A stretch of DNA of 64,000 nucleotides from Lytechinus pictus (Eukaryota). Shown piece by piece: positions 1 to 14,521 of this stretch (position 1 is the stretch's first letter; every line of letters starts with the position of its first letter). The position numbers and the translations under genes were made by a program. The notes below the pieces were generated by a model that did not search any database, was not told where the DNA came from, and saw only the letters and a program-made list of their open reading frames with translations. The stretch spans positions 14,014,001-14,078,000 of the forward strand of contig NC_087245.1 of assembly GCF_037042905.1 (NCBI RefSeq). The letters run 5' to 3'.

Positions 1-379
1 AAATACATGTAGTTTGGTATCTATCCCCTTTCATGCATATGCTCATACACATGAAGATAAATTCATTTTAATAAATGAAAAAAACCACCTTGTTTGTCAG
101 TGAGTACGTGGAGGCCTACATGTACATGTATACAGTATTTTGATTTTACACAGACAAGGCTCTCTGAGTTTGGTATACAGTTATACACATTATTTAAAAA
201 TCATTGCATTCTGATTACATTTGCAGAGTGGAGATAAAGATACATGATGTACATAGAGAGGGAGAAATAGCTACGTGTATAAGTAATAATTTTTTTTCAA
301 CTTGATGTCATGCCATACTACATGTATGTGTTTAATTTTTATTTTCTGAAGTCTGAACCATTTTAAGGTACCATTACAT

Positions 380-783
380 TTAAAGATAAATGCCAGTTGT
401 GGTAACGATTTCAAAATGAGTTCATACAGAATCCAATTAAATGACCACCAAAGTGTCTGTTTGTATAAATAAAAAATATTTATGCCATTTAAGGATTCTG
501 GAAGAAATTGTGTAATTGCTGAGAAATTAGCAAATAAGCACGGGATTCGGGTCAAGCGTCGGGCCGACATTCAAAGCAATAACAATACACTGTCCGACGT
601 GCGCTTATCTATGTTGGTGATCTTCAGTGTGAACATTTTTCAGCGTAGATTTAAAGATTTCACAAAGTTCAGTTTATGTAACTGTACCAGATCTAGATCC
701 TCGATGATATGACAATTAAGCCTGGTTTTACAGACATTCTCGTGAAATCAGTGTTTACTGCAACTACTTTCATTTATCTTTAA
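380..783. mobile_element. TTAA-flanked Kolobok-like non-autonomous DNA transposon (family K1)
   Basis: TTAA-AGATAAATG...CATTTATCT-TTAA; inverted homologous copy at 48571-48973. Confidence 0.8.
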
Positions 784-1206
784 AAGTTTTTAAAAGATTT
801 TTCTTGACCTTTTTTAAGATTAGCTGTTCTCTTTTTAAAACTTTAATAGATTAAAAAAAAGAGGTACTTTAATTTGAAATTATTGTGGTAGAACATGAGA
901 AAGTGCTCATACATGTAGGAAAGTAAGCATGACTTTCTCCCATTATACAGATCTTTGTCTCATCTGTATACATGTGTACCGGGGGTACATGTATTTTTGT
1001 TTTTGCAATTTTCAGCTCATTTAATTTTCAGAGCCTTTAGTTTTCATTATTACTGAACATTTTGGGTGCTTCATAAACGTACAGTGTGTACCTGTACGTC
1101 AGACCATAGAAGATCTTCATGTATATCTCCATTCACCTTGATTTTATTTAGGATTTCCGTAAGAATTATTGCTTGCATTGTCTGTAATTAACTTTAGTTT
1201 AACTAA

Positions 1207-1491
1207 CCTCCTTTTCACACGGAAAAAAATCGTAATTTGAATGATGATTGTGCACAGTGAAAAATAAGGCTAATGATGAATTTTTAGCACGTGTGAAACC
1301 AAACTAGAATCATGAACGCTAATCACAATACACAATCATGATTTCAAATTCTGCACTGGACGTGAATTCCAGTTAATGTAAGTTTCACTCAAATTACGCT
1401 ACAAATTTTCTGTGTGAAAGGTCCGATGATTCTAAAGACAACTGCAATCATCATTACAATGATGATTCAAGATTTACGTGTGAAAGGGCGG
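1207..1491. mobile_element. PIF/Harbinger-like MITE
   Basis: TIR CCTCCTTTTCACACG / CGTGTGAAAGGGCGG with TAA on both flanks. Confidence 0.7.
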
Positions 1492-2493
1492 TAAGAACTT
1501 TTGTTATGATGGTCCTTTAAAAATAATTGCTAGAGTTTCAGTATGACCTTTGTGTAGGTGAATCTGACAAAGAGGTAAGCTGCTGCAGGTCTAGAGTACT
1601 TTCCTACTTTCAATGAGAGTTACTCCAAGGAATTCAAGGCATTCACTCCAAATTTCTAAGTCAAATACCACCATCTCAAGTTCGAATACTTTTCTGCCCA
1701 AAATTGTTGCTAGTGTTTCCCTCTGCCATTTCCTCTACCCCTTCATATTATTGATTGGTAAATGTATCTTCCATCAGAAGAAAGAAAATAAAGTACAGTC
1801 GATAAAATATGTATTTTAAAAAAAACATGGAAAAGAAAAAAAAATAAAACAAGTTTTATGAGCAAGACCTTTGAATCTTCATAGGCCATGTGGCAATGAT
1901 CTTCTGAAAAACCCTATAAAATACAGTACATACTTAGAAAAGAAAATATTGGGTAGGAGACTTCTCACTGGTATTGATGACAGAACTGAAAGGTTTGATA
2001 TCTTGATGATAGACAAGTAAAATGTATTCAGTTTTCCTTTTTTTAAGGGATTAGAGGCAGGGAATGAACCAGAGTATAAAGAATATTCCAAAAATGTGGT
2101 TGCTACTTTAGAAACTAACTTCTGTCAAAACGTGAAAAATAGCAGACATCATAATCATAGTCAAAGATGCATGACTGAAAGCATTTAGAGTTCAGGCCAT
2201 CGATCTTCGGTGGAAAAGGGGGAAAATACAGAAAATAATCCTACCAAGTTTATATTTTGTATGGCATTATTAGATAAAAATATCATATTAAGTGTCATAT
2301 TATCTCTGGAGGGGAAAAAGGGGGAGTGTCTGAATGAAAGTACTTAAATTTTCACTCCCAACATTTATTAAATATTGGATCTTCATGCATCACTTGTCTG
2401 TTGATTACTTTTACTGAAAGTCTATAAAGCTTCAATGATAAAGCTAAATCAGTGGAGATGAAAGTGGACAATGGTTTGTTATGAAAATACAAT

Positions 2494-2623
2494 CAGTCTT
2501 GTAACACTAAGGTTAGCGATTAATCTTACACTTGATTTTCATGATTGATTGTACATTGTAGTCAATGCAATCAGTCGTAAAAAATGTTCCAGGATGATTG
2601 CTAAGCTTTGTGTTTACAGGACC
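2494..2623. mobile_element. Short MITE (family also at 43641-43799 and 62483-62617)
   Basis: TGTAACACTAAGGTTAGCGAT...TTGCTAAGCTTTGTGTTTACAGG; homologous to 62483-62617. Confidence 0.7.
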
Positions 2624-4086
2624 GTCCAGATTATGTTTTGTGAGTGATTGTACAGTACGATGTACATTTGTAGTAGATGGCTGTACTAAAGTTTGGTATT
2701 CAGTAGACTATTGTAGTTTGTAAAATAACTTGAACAAATTTTTTTATTTTATTTAGATTTACCATGCAGTGAACAGATGTATTGGTTTTCATCAGATAAA
2801 TAAAAAAAAAATGGCTATTAAATGGCTTGTTTAAAAAAAAAAACCTACCGATGTATCAATTTCATTTTTCTAATAACACAATAATTCAAAGTGTAAGTAC
2901 TATACAGTAATATGTTGAAAATAAATGATCCTTTCCTTATTCTGTGGTCATATTTTTTAAAATTATTTTTTAGCATTGGATTATTAGAACTTTAAATTCT
3001 GTGGTTCTATCAATCCTATCACTTTGTCTGTAATAATGATAATAAAACTGTCTTGTAGCTCACAATGTCATTTAATAAATTATACTTCACCATTAAATCA
3101 GTGTATAGGGTATTTTCTTAAACTTTTTAGAGAAATTTAAAGTTCAGCTTTTGCAATTGTAAGCTGATGTGTATACGTGTAGAGTTGCAAATTTGTGATA
3201 TTGATCAAACTTTCAGAAATACATAACTGAAGTATTTATTTAGAAACAGGTGGGCCTACCTTATTTACATATTTTAATAACAAAATAAATACTTTTCCAA
3301 ACTTTCCTTGAAAACCAAGTTTTTTCTGACCATGCGCGGTGGACTTCCATTCAAATCCCGTGCACTATGATCGTAGATTCTACTTTCCTTCATATACAAG
3401 GGAAAAGAGGTTGGTTTCACAAGACCATCATACAGTGTAAATGTTAAAATTGTTGGCATCCTTTTAATAGAAAAAATATTCTATAAAAATTTTGTATGTT
3501 TTATGAACTGTTCATGAACTTAGGCTTAAGTTGATTTTGTGAAATTGTCCCCTGGTGAAGACACAGTAGTCTGTCCCGATCACACCTTTACTAGCTTGTA
3601 ATTCAATCAAAGCACAGCATCAGACAAAATCTTAGCAAGGAAGCTCCTTGATCTTAGCAATTGAATTGGTGGCTCATCATGCAAATGCAGCTGTAAAAGC
3701 AGCAGAATCTCTTGTCAGAAGTTGCACAATAATTTTTGTATTGTTGCACTCGATGATGGAAATATTAGGTATTTTCACACCCGCGCCTAATCATAAATAC
3801 CTGTAAAAAAGGAGAACCTGTGCAGAATACCTGATCATTATTTTTGAGCATTCACACCTACCTGATTCAGAAATTCTTGTACATAGTAATGAACCTGCAG
3901 AGTGGCACTCCACCAGCATATGATGTCCAATTTTCTTGCTGCACAAAAAAAAAGTTTCTTGATCTAACTCTGCAAATACCACTTTGACAATGAAGTAATC
4001 ATGATTTTGAAAGTAATTTGCAGGCATACTTTTTTGTGGGGATATTATTAAAGAGCACTTCGAATTTACACAAGTTTGCAAAATAC

Positions 4087-4201
4087 CTGGGGGCCGTTTC
4101 AGAAAGCTGTTGGTGAACCTTTCTTTCGCTCTAAATAATCACCAATGAACATTTAATGGTGAAAATTTAACTTATGAACAGTTTTATGAAACACCCACCT
4201 G
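4087..4201. mobile_element. Short PIF/Harbinger-like MITE
   Basis: CTG-GGGGCCGTTTCAGAAAG...TTTTATGAAACACCCAC-CTG. Confidence 0.6.
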
Positions 4202-5545
4202 GTATTTTGTGATCAGAATACTATTCCCAACAAGTGCATGTATTTTTTTGTGATTGAATTGGTGTATAAAAGCATCGAGAAAGGATCTTAGTTTTTTTTT
4301 ATTATTAATGTCTGTCTGAGGAACTGCACTGCTTCCAGTGGAATGGGGAGTCGTACATACAGTGTTAATTTCACACCCAAGGGCTCTGCAGACTTTTAAT
4401 TTGCTTTCCATGGTGTTAATTGGGGATTCGATGGGCTACAAATGTGTGCCTCAGATTTCCCTCAGGGGGGCAAGAGAATGAAATTGCCCCCTTCTTGATC
4501 ATTTTTTGGTATTGGAAGGCAGAGGTATTGAGAGATCAAAAACATAAATCTCTAAGGTCATACACTGGGCATGAACCTGGCCTTTTTTTGGTGAAATATC
4601 TGTCTTGTATGCTGAGCATGCCATCTTGACATTTTTCGAGTGTACAGTACAATGGCTGGTGAAGAGTTCTATAGGGCAATTCAACCTTGGTATTATGATT
4701 TTAGTACTGGTAAAAGTAGAAAAATGAGAAAGATAATCGTTGATAATGGAAGTTCTACAGAAGGGCTAAGAAATTTATTGAAAAAGTATAAACCAACATC
4801 TTGTTCGCAAATCTCGAAGTGCGATATAAATTACAAACTTTTGCAAAGCTGTAGCTGTGTGAAGGTTATGCTGAAAAATGCTCAGATTTTTTTTCTTTCC
4901 AGTTTCTTCATGATTTCATGATGATGATGATAATCACATGCATTAATAAAAATATAAATTTGACATGATTTTAGGACTTCTGTCTCTTCTCTTTTTACAA
5001 ACAGAAAAAAAAAATAGCTTTATAGTGAAATTATTAAAGTCTACTAATAATTTTTTTTGCGTTTGCATCATCTTTTATTAAAAAAAAACAATACATAAAG
5101 ACCTACATATTACACTGTACATGAATCCTCACACGTAGGCTTATTTACACATCTAGATTGCACTGTTGATCCTTCAAATATATGTGTTTACTCACATAGA
5201 TCTAAAGTATTGTTTATAAAGTACAATTTGCTCATTTGAGTACATCATATGCATATATTTCTAATTAAAATGTGTGTGGAGTGTGGATGAACATATATGT
5301 AATGCATGAATAAAATCAATTTATCAAGCTTTATCAGATATTGATAAAAAAACTAAAACAAAAAAGATAACATTTTACAATTTTTCTGAGTATCTGAGAC
5401 TAAAGTATTATTATGCATGTTTCTTTGTGGTGAGCATGTAGTTTTTAGTTAAAAACAAAGGATTATTAGTAATAAACAAACACTGTGATTTCAGGGATAT
5501 CCTTGATCTTATTTTATCTCTGCTGATTTTTATGACTATCTGAAG

Positions 5546-5806
5546 CAGTGGTATAATGAGCCAAATTTTTTTAGGGTGCTAGACATGGCGAATGGGGCAA
5601 AATTCTCTTAAATGCTACATGTATATGAACAACCAAAGCGAGTGAGTGAAAATTTTTACCATTTTGTATGAAGGCTTGTGTTAGATTTTGACATAATATT
5701 CCAATAAATGATATGTTTCACCCTTGCCATTTCCTGTCCTTTTTTTTTTTTGGGGGGGGGGGGGCATGGCCCCCAAGTGCCCCCCCCCCCCATCTGCACG
5801 CCAGTG
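5546..5806. mobile_element. hAT-like MITE
   Basis: CAGTGG...CCAGTG termini, near-identical 8-bp TSD ATCTGAAG/GTCTGAAG, subterminal polyG/polyC hairpin. Confidence 0.7.
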
Positions 5807-7730
5807 GTCTGAAGTACCATTGATAAAGTTGGGTATAGGTGCATTTGTTTTGGATTGGAGTTACAAACATGTCTAATATTAAAGTGTAACTGTCTTTCTG
5901 TGTTTGCTGTAATGACCAGCATAATTACTTTGAAATTTAGCTAAATTCTTTTTTGTTTATAATCAAAATCACTTTGATTTTTTTGGGGGATGGGGATATT
6001 TATTTTTTTACAATTTTGTGTATACACATGTAGGAGGGGCAGGGATGGGGATCAAAATTTAAAATGAATATGTATTTTTTCGAGGACTCGAGGGAGTAGG
6101 AATACATACATGTAAAAAGCAAAAAAAAAGAAAGAAAGTTGCATCATAAATTAGGATAGAATCAGGGAGTTGGAGTTGGAATTGAAATATAAATGATCTC
6201 AGATTTTATCCATTCATCAAATATACATGTAGGGGTTTACTTTATTATTCAGGTCAGTGTCACTGAACTTTTGTGCTATTCCAAGTTGACACAGTTTCAA
6301 AACATTCTGTTTTCCATGTTTGCTGTAGGCAAATATTTTGAGGAATTTCATGCCAAAAATGAAATTATCAGGACTTGAGAAAGGTTTGTATCCTTGAGAA
6401 TGGGTCTCAAGAGGTGTATGTATGTACTTCATGTACACGTATCCTATATCTGCATGTATGCAGTTTCTTCCGAGATGATATAATCCCAAAATATGCTTTA
6501 TTATTTGAATTTAAAAAAGGGGGGGAAATAGATTCAACTTAAGGTACACGCACACTAAATGTATTACAGTGTTTTACAAGTTCACTTGTACATCTATAAA
6601 TGTAGGCCTATACAAAAACATTTGTAAGGGAAGGGGCACCTGCTCCTGGTGCCTCTTGGATACACACAGAAGGAGAGAAAAGAAAGGAAGGAAGGAAGGA
6701 AAAAAGGGAGGAAGGAAAAAAGGGAGGGAGGGAGGGAAAGAAAGAAAGAAAAGCCAAATGGAAACTTTAATCTATCAAAGAAGTTAAGTACATACGTACA
6801 TGTATGAGTACAATTGGATGGGGTTGTTGCAGTGCTTACCCCACAGGTGTTGGAAGGGTCACTCACATTTATAATGTCATTGTGGGTGCTGATTTTATAC
6901 GCCAATTTGTGTTGGCCCACTGACTATTGTCAGTTGTTGTTTCATGAAGGGTACACGTGTGTACTGTACAGTACAGTACATCAGCCCAGGCAACTATGCA
7001 TTAAAGGCGGCTAAATTTACTTGCATGGTTTTATCCTTTGCAAATTGATCTTGTTATTGATCATGATGATGTTATTAATGAGGTTAGCAGTTCAGTGGTA
7101 GTAGACACAGTCTACATGTAAAGGAATGTGTAGGGCCACACAGACTTCACAAAGTTGTGTTCTGACGTATTGAAAAGCTCTTTTATATGATGTTGCTTGG
7201 TAAATGTATCACCATCACCAGCTCAATTACATACATGATACAGCAAAATGGTATACATGTCGCCATTGGCCCTGTATGTAGCACTGTATTGGTCCTGTAG
7301 CCTACTGTTGATTTATTATAAAATCAAAGGCCTAATATTGAATTCAAATTGGAATAACTTTTTCCACTTCAAGAAATGTGTGTTTTCAACAGCATCATCT
7401 GCATCTGACAGACCTTGATAAGTTAACATTAAAATCTGCAATTCACTGATCCCAATTAATTCTGTTGTGATTGAGTCGGGGGAATTTTCAATATTAATAT
7501 TATTCTCAAAACAAAGCTTTTCTTTTTCAAATTCTTTGGCTAACATTTCATTTTTTGCGGAAATAGTCATTTATAAATAAATACAAATTGCAAAATAGGA
7601 ATAATAGCCCAAATGTCTATTGAAAAATGATTCCCTATAAATCCCCCAAATTAAAAATAGCCCGTGTTCCTAATATAAACCTCTATATACCCTTGGCTAC
7701 AAGGCATACATAATTTAGATAGCCTACTTG

Positions 7731-8248
7731 TATGCTTTTCACACTGCACTTCTTTCCCTTAACCCAGGAAATTGGTGGGGCTAAGGGGGGGGGGGGGGTC
7801 TTAGCCCCACCAATTTCCCGGGGTTAAGCTTAGCCCACTTTGTTTTCACACTACGTTTTAGCAAAGTGGGCTAGCACGGTAAATAGTACGGTACTATCTG
7901 GCCCTGCAAAAAAGCAGGGTTAGCCGGCTTATTGTGGTGCTAGCACCACAATTTGCGGTGCTAAGAGATGCAGTGTGAAATGAAACAGGGCTAAGCAATA
8001 GTGGGGCAAAGCAATTAGCCAATCACAGAAGTCAAAATTGCACGTTAATCGCGCTCTGTATGGTAAAATCATCAATATTTATGAGCTGTGTGATTGCCCG
8101 GGGTTAAGGCGTTAACCCTGGCTAAGCAAATAGTACAGGGTTAAGAAAGACAGTGTGAATCGAAAAAAAGATAGTATTAGTATGGGGTTAAGGATAGTCC
8201 GGGGTTAAGGATAGTATGGGGTTAAGGAAATGCAGTGTGAAAAGCATA
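7731..8248. mobile_element. MITE with TIR TATGCTTTTCACACTGCA and internal GGGTTAAG/GGGCTAAG repeats
   Basis: Perfect ~18-bp TIR. Confidence 0.8.
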
Positions 8249-8974
8249 ATAGAATACTATGGTGTGGGACTTCATCTTAGTTGAGGGATGAAGCGTTCGC
8301 ATCCTGCTGCTCTTATATTGCATGGCACTGTAAACCTGAAATGACTGAAAGAAAAGCTTTCTGTCAGATGACAGAAGAATGGTAAACATTACTGGCCTGC
8401 TGAAATCACTGTGAGATCATACACTATAGGCATTCTTCCTAGGCTCATCTCCACCAACACAAGGGTTCCAATTATCCTGCTGGAGTACTATTTCTGATGT
8501 GGAAAATCTTCAGAACAGTCTTTACATCATTTGTAATGTATTTGCAATTGCCAGGCTATTCTGTAGGATTCTTCTTCAGATTACAAACCGAAATAAACTT
8601 AGATTTTGGGAGGCAAAATAGCAAGCTATTTGGGAATTATTCAGTGATGTGAAGTGACACTCAGAATTTCATTCAGGATATTCTATCTAGTATCTATTAC
8701 CACAGGCAACTCAAATGTAGCCCAAAAATGAGCATTCTCCGTTGTCCAAATTCACATTACATGCTCGAGCTAGAATTCCCCACCTGAGCTGATAGAATGG
8801 GATTTCTTGATTCTCAATGTTTTTAGTTTTTTTATTGAGCGAATTCTGGATGATAGATATAACGTATGAAATTAGATATAAAAGGATATTAGATATAATA
8901 GAAATATTACGTCTATTTACATGTATATCTGCACAGCTGCACTCTACTACACTTGATTCTTGACATCATATTTT

Positions 8975-9170
8975 TACCCCGGCTGTAGCTGACCCGTCAT
9001 TATAGGTGCTAAAGCATTCATGGAATAATTCCTTCCCATTAACCTCACCTGGGTTGAGTGCAGCACAGTGTGGATAAATTTCTTGCTGAAGGAAGATACC
9101 CCATGGCTGGGGTTGGAACCCACCTCTGTTTCAAATTCCAGAGACCAATCCACTGGGCCACAATGCCCTA
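8975..9170 (-). mobile_element. Degenerate tRNA-derived SINE (same family as 47120-47393)
   Basis: Shares CCTCACCTGGGTTGAGTG..GCACA.TGTGG.TAAATTTCTTGCTG core. Confidence 0.7.
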
Positions 9171-9735
9171 GGAACGTTTCTTGAAAATAATATTGAAATT
9201 GGCTAATCGAAAAGGTAGTTGGGATATCAATATGAGGTTACCTTGGCTAATGGAGACCCACCTCCAGTCGTATTAATGCTGAGATGTGACCATTCACCAG
9301 TCTATGAAGGGCATCTGTTGGGTGCCAGTGGTATGATGGACGATTAGAGTAAATGGAAGGGGGTACAAACCCTTAATCACGAACCTGCGCAATGCATCGT
9401 TCAATTAATCTCCTAATCCAGCTGGACAGGTTGGGGAATTTTCTGTCCCAAGCAAGATTGAGATGAATTAAAGATCATTTAAAAATGAAATTACATGTAC
9501 GTCATAACATGTATAATTATACATGAACTTTTAACAAACTGTACAGTTTATGACATATGCCTACATAAATGGTGTATAGTAATGAATTTATTTCAAGTTC
9601 ATTTTATATATTTTGTTCATTTCAAAATTTTCAGTATGGTACTAAATTGCTGTTTGTAAATTTGATGAAAACCAATTCCTTTGTTATTACCCCACTACAT
9701 AGAACAATTTCATAATACTGCTATTGCTGCTGCTG

Positions 9736-9736
9736 T

Positions 9737-9786
<50 letters not shown>

Positions 9787-9818
9787 GTAGTAGTACTACT
9801 ACTGCTACTACTACTACC
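9736..9818. repeat. (ACT)n microsatellite
   Basis: Directly visible. Confidence 0.95.
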
Positions 9819-11319
9819 ACATTTCATTTTTGTTTTCTACATCCGCAACTTTCACTTCTTATTACTGTTAAATGAGTGAAGATTGCTACCACTTCTACAA
9901 TCGTCTCTTCACCTACTCAGCCCATATTTGCGGGCGTTGACACAATGCAGGTTTATAGTCTAGTGATGATGTCAGTTAATTAATTAGCTGATTGAGGTAT
10001 AGTATCCAGATGGGCATCACTGAACTCTCAAACCCAATCACTTCATAACGACCTCATCAATGAATATCAAGGTCCAAACTCTGACACGAGGGTCTAAATC
10101 AGCGGAACTGATTATTCACATGAATATGCAGTGTCTAGTGTATTTGCTTTTATGAGAACTAGAGCCTATTAAAGAGGTTCTCACTTATATCTTTTATTAG
10201 TGCATACTGTACCTGTACACTCTTCAGTTTTAGGATTTAGAATAAATCCAGTTTGGCTACGAATAATGACCAGCAAAACATTTGATTTATTTTCAATCCT
10301 AAGGTTTAACTTTTAAATCTTAAAAGATCTACATGTAGATTCAAATCTGTTAGCTTTGAATTCAAACTGCAAGGTTTAATTTAAAGCTAATATTTTACTA
10401 GTTGTTACTCACTGCCAATCTGGATGTATTTTAAATCCTTGAAACTTAGACATCGTTCTCACTACCATCCTAAATTTTGTTTACCCGAAACTAGTTTAGT
10501 GGAAACTAGGAGGCTGTTCTCACTACTTTCCTAAAACTAGTTTACTGGAAACTAGTTTAGTGGAAACAAGTTTAACGCGTAGTGAGAACGGTCAAAGCGG
10601 TCTTGGAAGCGATCTTCCAAACCAGTTTGGAAAACCACCTTGCGATGTAGTTTTCAAGATCGCTTTGCCTCGTTAAACTGGTTTTAGCGTAAGTGAGGAC
10701 ACAGCTGTTCTTCGGGAAGCGATCTTCGCACATTTTGATCGCGCTACTCCACACGACAGGTGTAGAATGCCTATGCTGCGGTTTCGAATTTCGCGCGAAA
10801 CGTGTCACCCCACTGAGAGCGTTTCCATAGCAACAAGAGCGCTTTACGTGAAGTGATTTTGAAAACCACTTTCGTGTGATCAAGTGAGAACGCTAGCAAA
10901 GCGATCTTCCAAACTGGCTTTCTGAACCGGTTCCCAGTAAACTAGTTTTAGGAACGTAGTGAGAACAGCCTCTAGGACACCATTTTCACTTACAATGTAA
11001 TACCATCCTAAAACTAGTTTCCTGGAAACTACTTTAGTGGAAACAAGTTAACGTGTAATGAGAACAGTTGAAGCGGTCTTGGAAGCGATCTTCCAAACTA
11101 GTACGGAAAACCACATTGCGATGTAGTTTTCAAAATCGCTTTGCCTCGTTAAACTGGTTTTAGCGTAAGTGAGGACACAACCGTTCTTCGCGAAGCAATC
11201 TTCGCACATTTTGAGAGCACTACTCCACACACTGTGTGTAGAATGTCTATGCTGCGGTTTCAAATTTCGCGCGAAAAATGTCACCCCCACTGGGAGCATT
11301 CCCATAGCAACAAGGCCAC

Positions 11320-12006
11320 TTAAAGGACAAGTCCACCCTAACAAAAAGTTGATTTGAATAAAAAGAGAAAAATCCAACAAGCATAGGCCTAACACTGAAA
11401 ATTTCATCAAAATCGGATGTAAAATAAGAAAGTTATGACATTTTTAAGTTTCGCTTAATATCACAAAACAGTTGTATGCACATACCAGTTAGTATGCAAA
11501 TGAGGGAACTGATGACATCACTCACTCACTTTTTCTTTTGTATTTTATTACATGAAATATGAAATATTCAAATTTCCTCCCCATTGTTCTGTGAAACAAA
11601 GTTTTATTTCTCCCTGAACATGTGGAATTACCATTGTTTAACATTTTATTGTTCATTCAAGTTTGTCCTTATTGTGAAACAAAGTTTTATTTCTCCCTGA
11701 ACATGTGGAATTACCATTGTTTAACATTTTATGGTTCAGTCAAGATTGTCCTTATTGTCAAATCTGTAATAATCGAAATATTGTATAATTCAAACAATAA
11801 AAAACAAAAGAAATAGTGAGTGAGAGACATCATCGATTCTCTCATTTGCACGTGACTAAATTGTGCATATAACTATTTTGTAAAAAATAAGCAAAATTTC
11901 AAAATGTCATAACTTTTTTATTTTACATCCCATTTTGATGAAATTTTTAGTATTATGCTTGTCTGATTTTGCTATATTGATTCAAATCAATATTTATCCG
12001 AGGTGG
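11320..12006. mobile_element. Kolobok-like element (TTAA-AGGACAAGTCCACC), right end truncated
   Basis: Long subterminal inverted repeats; internal ~83-bp tandem duplication (11590/11673). Confidence 0.7.
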
Positions 12007-12429
12007 TTTTGAAAACCACTTTCGGCTGATCAAAGGGAACGCTAGCAAAGTGATCTTCCAAACTAGTTTCCTGAACCGATTTCCAGTAAACTAGTTTTAG
12101 AAAGTATAATGAGAATGGTGTCTAGTTAAAAGTGTAATGAGAACGGTAGATTAAGAAGCAGTCTCAGAAGCGACCTTCCAAACCGGTTCAGAAAACCACC
12201 TCGCGATGTAGTTTTGAAGATCGCTTTGCCTTGTTTTTAGTGTATTAAAGTGAGAATACGGGAAGTGATCTTTGCACATTTCAAGTGCGCTTCTCCACAC
12301 ACTGTATGTGGAATGCCTACGTTGCGATTTCAAATTTCATACGAAATATGTTACCCCACTGCTAGTGGTCCCATAGCAACAAGACCATAGGCAAAGTAGT
12401 TTTGAAAACCACTTTCGGGTGATCAAATG

Positions 12430-13037
12430 TTAAAGGGGAATCCAGCCTTGGTCATATTATGTTGTGTTTGAAAGGAGAAAAATGAATAAAACAGAATGGT
12501 GAAGGTTTGAAAGAAATCGAACAAGCGATAAGAAAGGTACAGTATGGCTGTTTTAAAATTGAAATCCTTAAGACTATATGTAGATTTCAAATTGGCAACT
12601 GAGTAAGTAAATTATGACATGGGCAAGGACAACTTTTCCATAGGCCATGTACTTTATTATCAGTGATTTGTGGTTTTCTTCTAAGTACCCATTCCCCTAG
12701 GGCTGTAATCTAAATATAGCCTAGGTAGTATATTGTTTTATGTCCTCATGAAAGAAAAATATATTTTGAAGTAAAATTTGTGAATAAAATGTCATTCTAG
12801 AACTTTTATGTATTGGAGTACATGGAAGAGTAGTCCTTGCCCTACATCACTAGACATCACATTTGTGGTCAATTTGAGATCTCCATAGGTATAGTGATTA
12901 CCAATATTCAAAAGTTTTAAAAATTCATAACTTTCTTATTGTTTGTCGGATATTGTTCAAACTTTCACCTATCATCTTGTCTAATTTTCCTTTTTCCTCT
13001 AAAAGTAAGTTTTTATTTGGGTTGGATTCCCCTTTAA
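12430..13037. mobile_element. Kolobok-like family K2
   Basis: TTAA-AGGGGAATCCA...TGGATTCCCCT-TTAA; inverted copy at 24986-25588. Confidence 0.8.
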
Positions 13038-14194
13038 CGCTAGCAAAGCGATCTTCCAATCTGGTTTCCTGAACCGATTTCCAGTTAACTAGTTTTAGAA
13101 AGTATAGTGAGAACGGTGTCTTAAGGGGCTTTCACAATTGCTTGTACGATCGTTTGCAATCATTTGGTCACAATATGTTGCACAGAATCGCCATGGTTGT
13201 AAACACTCGCACCACCAATTGTGAAAGGGGCTTTTAATAGAGAGTGTACAGGTAATCTGGGAATCTTGGGAGTGTAATCAATATATCTGAAGATGTCTGA
13301 GAGTGTACAGTAGTTTTATCTGTCTAGTAGGATAATAAAATAACTGACTTTGTCGTAAATGGAATGGAGTTATATCTTTTCACAGCAAATACTGGTATCC
13401 ATGTGTCATCACTACCCATCAACATTTTGAAGTAGTTCAGGGATGTAATAACCTTTAAACCTAAGAGGAAAAAGAAACCAAACTTTTTTGTTTTCACAGT
13501 GAAGATACCTTAGGCTCTATGGTTAATGCACTTGTACTTTACCTAAGCTGTCACTCATCTGACATTGGGAATATTTGTGGAAAAGAAAATGACTGAGACA
13601 TCTGTTTAAAATGTGCAAACTTTTGACTTTAAATGGTAAAGATAATTTCTGGTTGTGAATAAGAATTGATACAAATTGTTTCAAATTGATTTGCAAATTA
13701 TTTTTATTCTGCTAGAATCAATGTATGACAAGTTTGGAATGGTCACTATTTGTGGGCATGTGTTTTCTTTTGGTGATATTACAAGCATGCCAATTTCACA
13801 CTGGCAAAGTACGAGACCAAGATTTTCTCATTAGAAATCCCCATCATCATATACAAGGTATTTTTTTAATTGGATAGTATGAAAGCACTATATAATGAAA
13901 TGAACTTGTACATGTAAGTACCTAAGAAACATCTTGGATTGACTGTCACTGTAGAATTTCATGTAAATGGTATAGACTGCTGTCATTAACGCTCTCATCA
14001 TATCTGCACTGAAGGGGAGCCAATTAAACTTTACGATGGTCATAAATTTTGACAATGAACAAGAGAGAGTGAATTGTCATTCCTTTTGGAGTATATACTT
14101 CCTCTCTGTTGGCCAGTTATGAAGTGTTTATACCCTTATCTTGAAGTCTTATGGAAAATAAAAGCTGGTCTCTGTGGGCTACGTTCAATAAAGA

Positions 14195-14521
14195 GGGCCA
14201 TCTGCACCAGCCCGAGTTTTCAAATTAGCACGTTATTTTCGAGATGCGGCAAATTATCCCGATCTGAACAATCTCAACTTGGATTATTTGCAAAATAGCG
14301 CGTTATTTTATGAATTATCCCGCTAATTCGCAAGTGCAGACGCACTCTGGATTATTTATTCACGGTGTCAGACCATAATGCATCGATGCCTCGCTCAAGC
14401 AGGAATCGCTGTTCTTGCGATGGTGGAGACTGGGTTTCTTGAATCTCAAGATTAATCGCGAAGAAGGCAGATCAGGCAAAAATCTCGAGATTGAGCAAAC
14501 TCAGGCTGGTGCAGCACCGCC
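14195..14521. mobile_element. Internally deleted copy of the Harbinger-like element at 30828-31702
   Basis: Same termini GGGCC.TCTGCACCA.CCCGAG...GGTGCAGCACCGCC. Confidence 0.8.

Larger units (their letters stand above)
10449..13120. mobile_element. Nested cluster: 'ACTAGTTT' PIF/Harbinger-like MITE (TTA TSD) containing two same-family copies (10510-10972, 10976-12122) and two Kolobok-like inserts
   Basis: TIR GAGGCTGTTCTCACTAC / GACACCGTTCTCACTA; TAG triplets at 10507, 10973 and 12123; TTA at 10446 and 13121. Confidence 0.85.

Noticed and set aside
10572..11410. Repeated small 'protein family' (…CEDRFPKN…LTRQSDLENYIARWFS…), also at 12151, 27406 and 53585
   Set aside because: Chance ORFs within copies of one MITE; starts, stops and frames differ between copies
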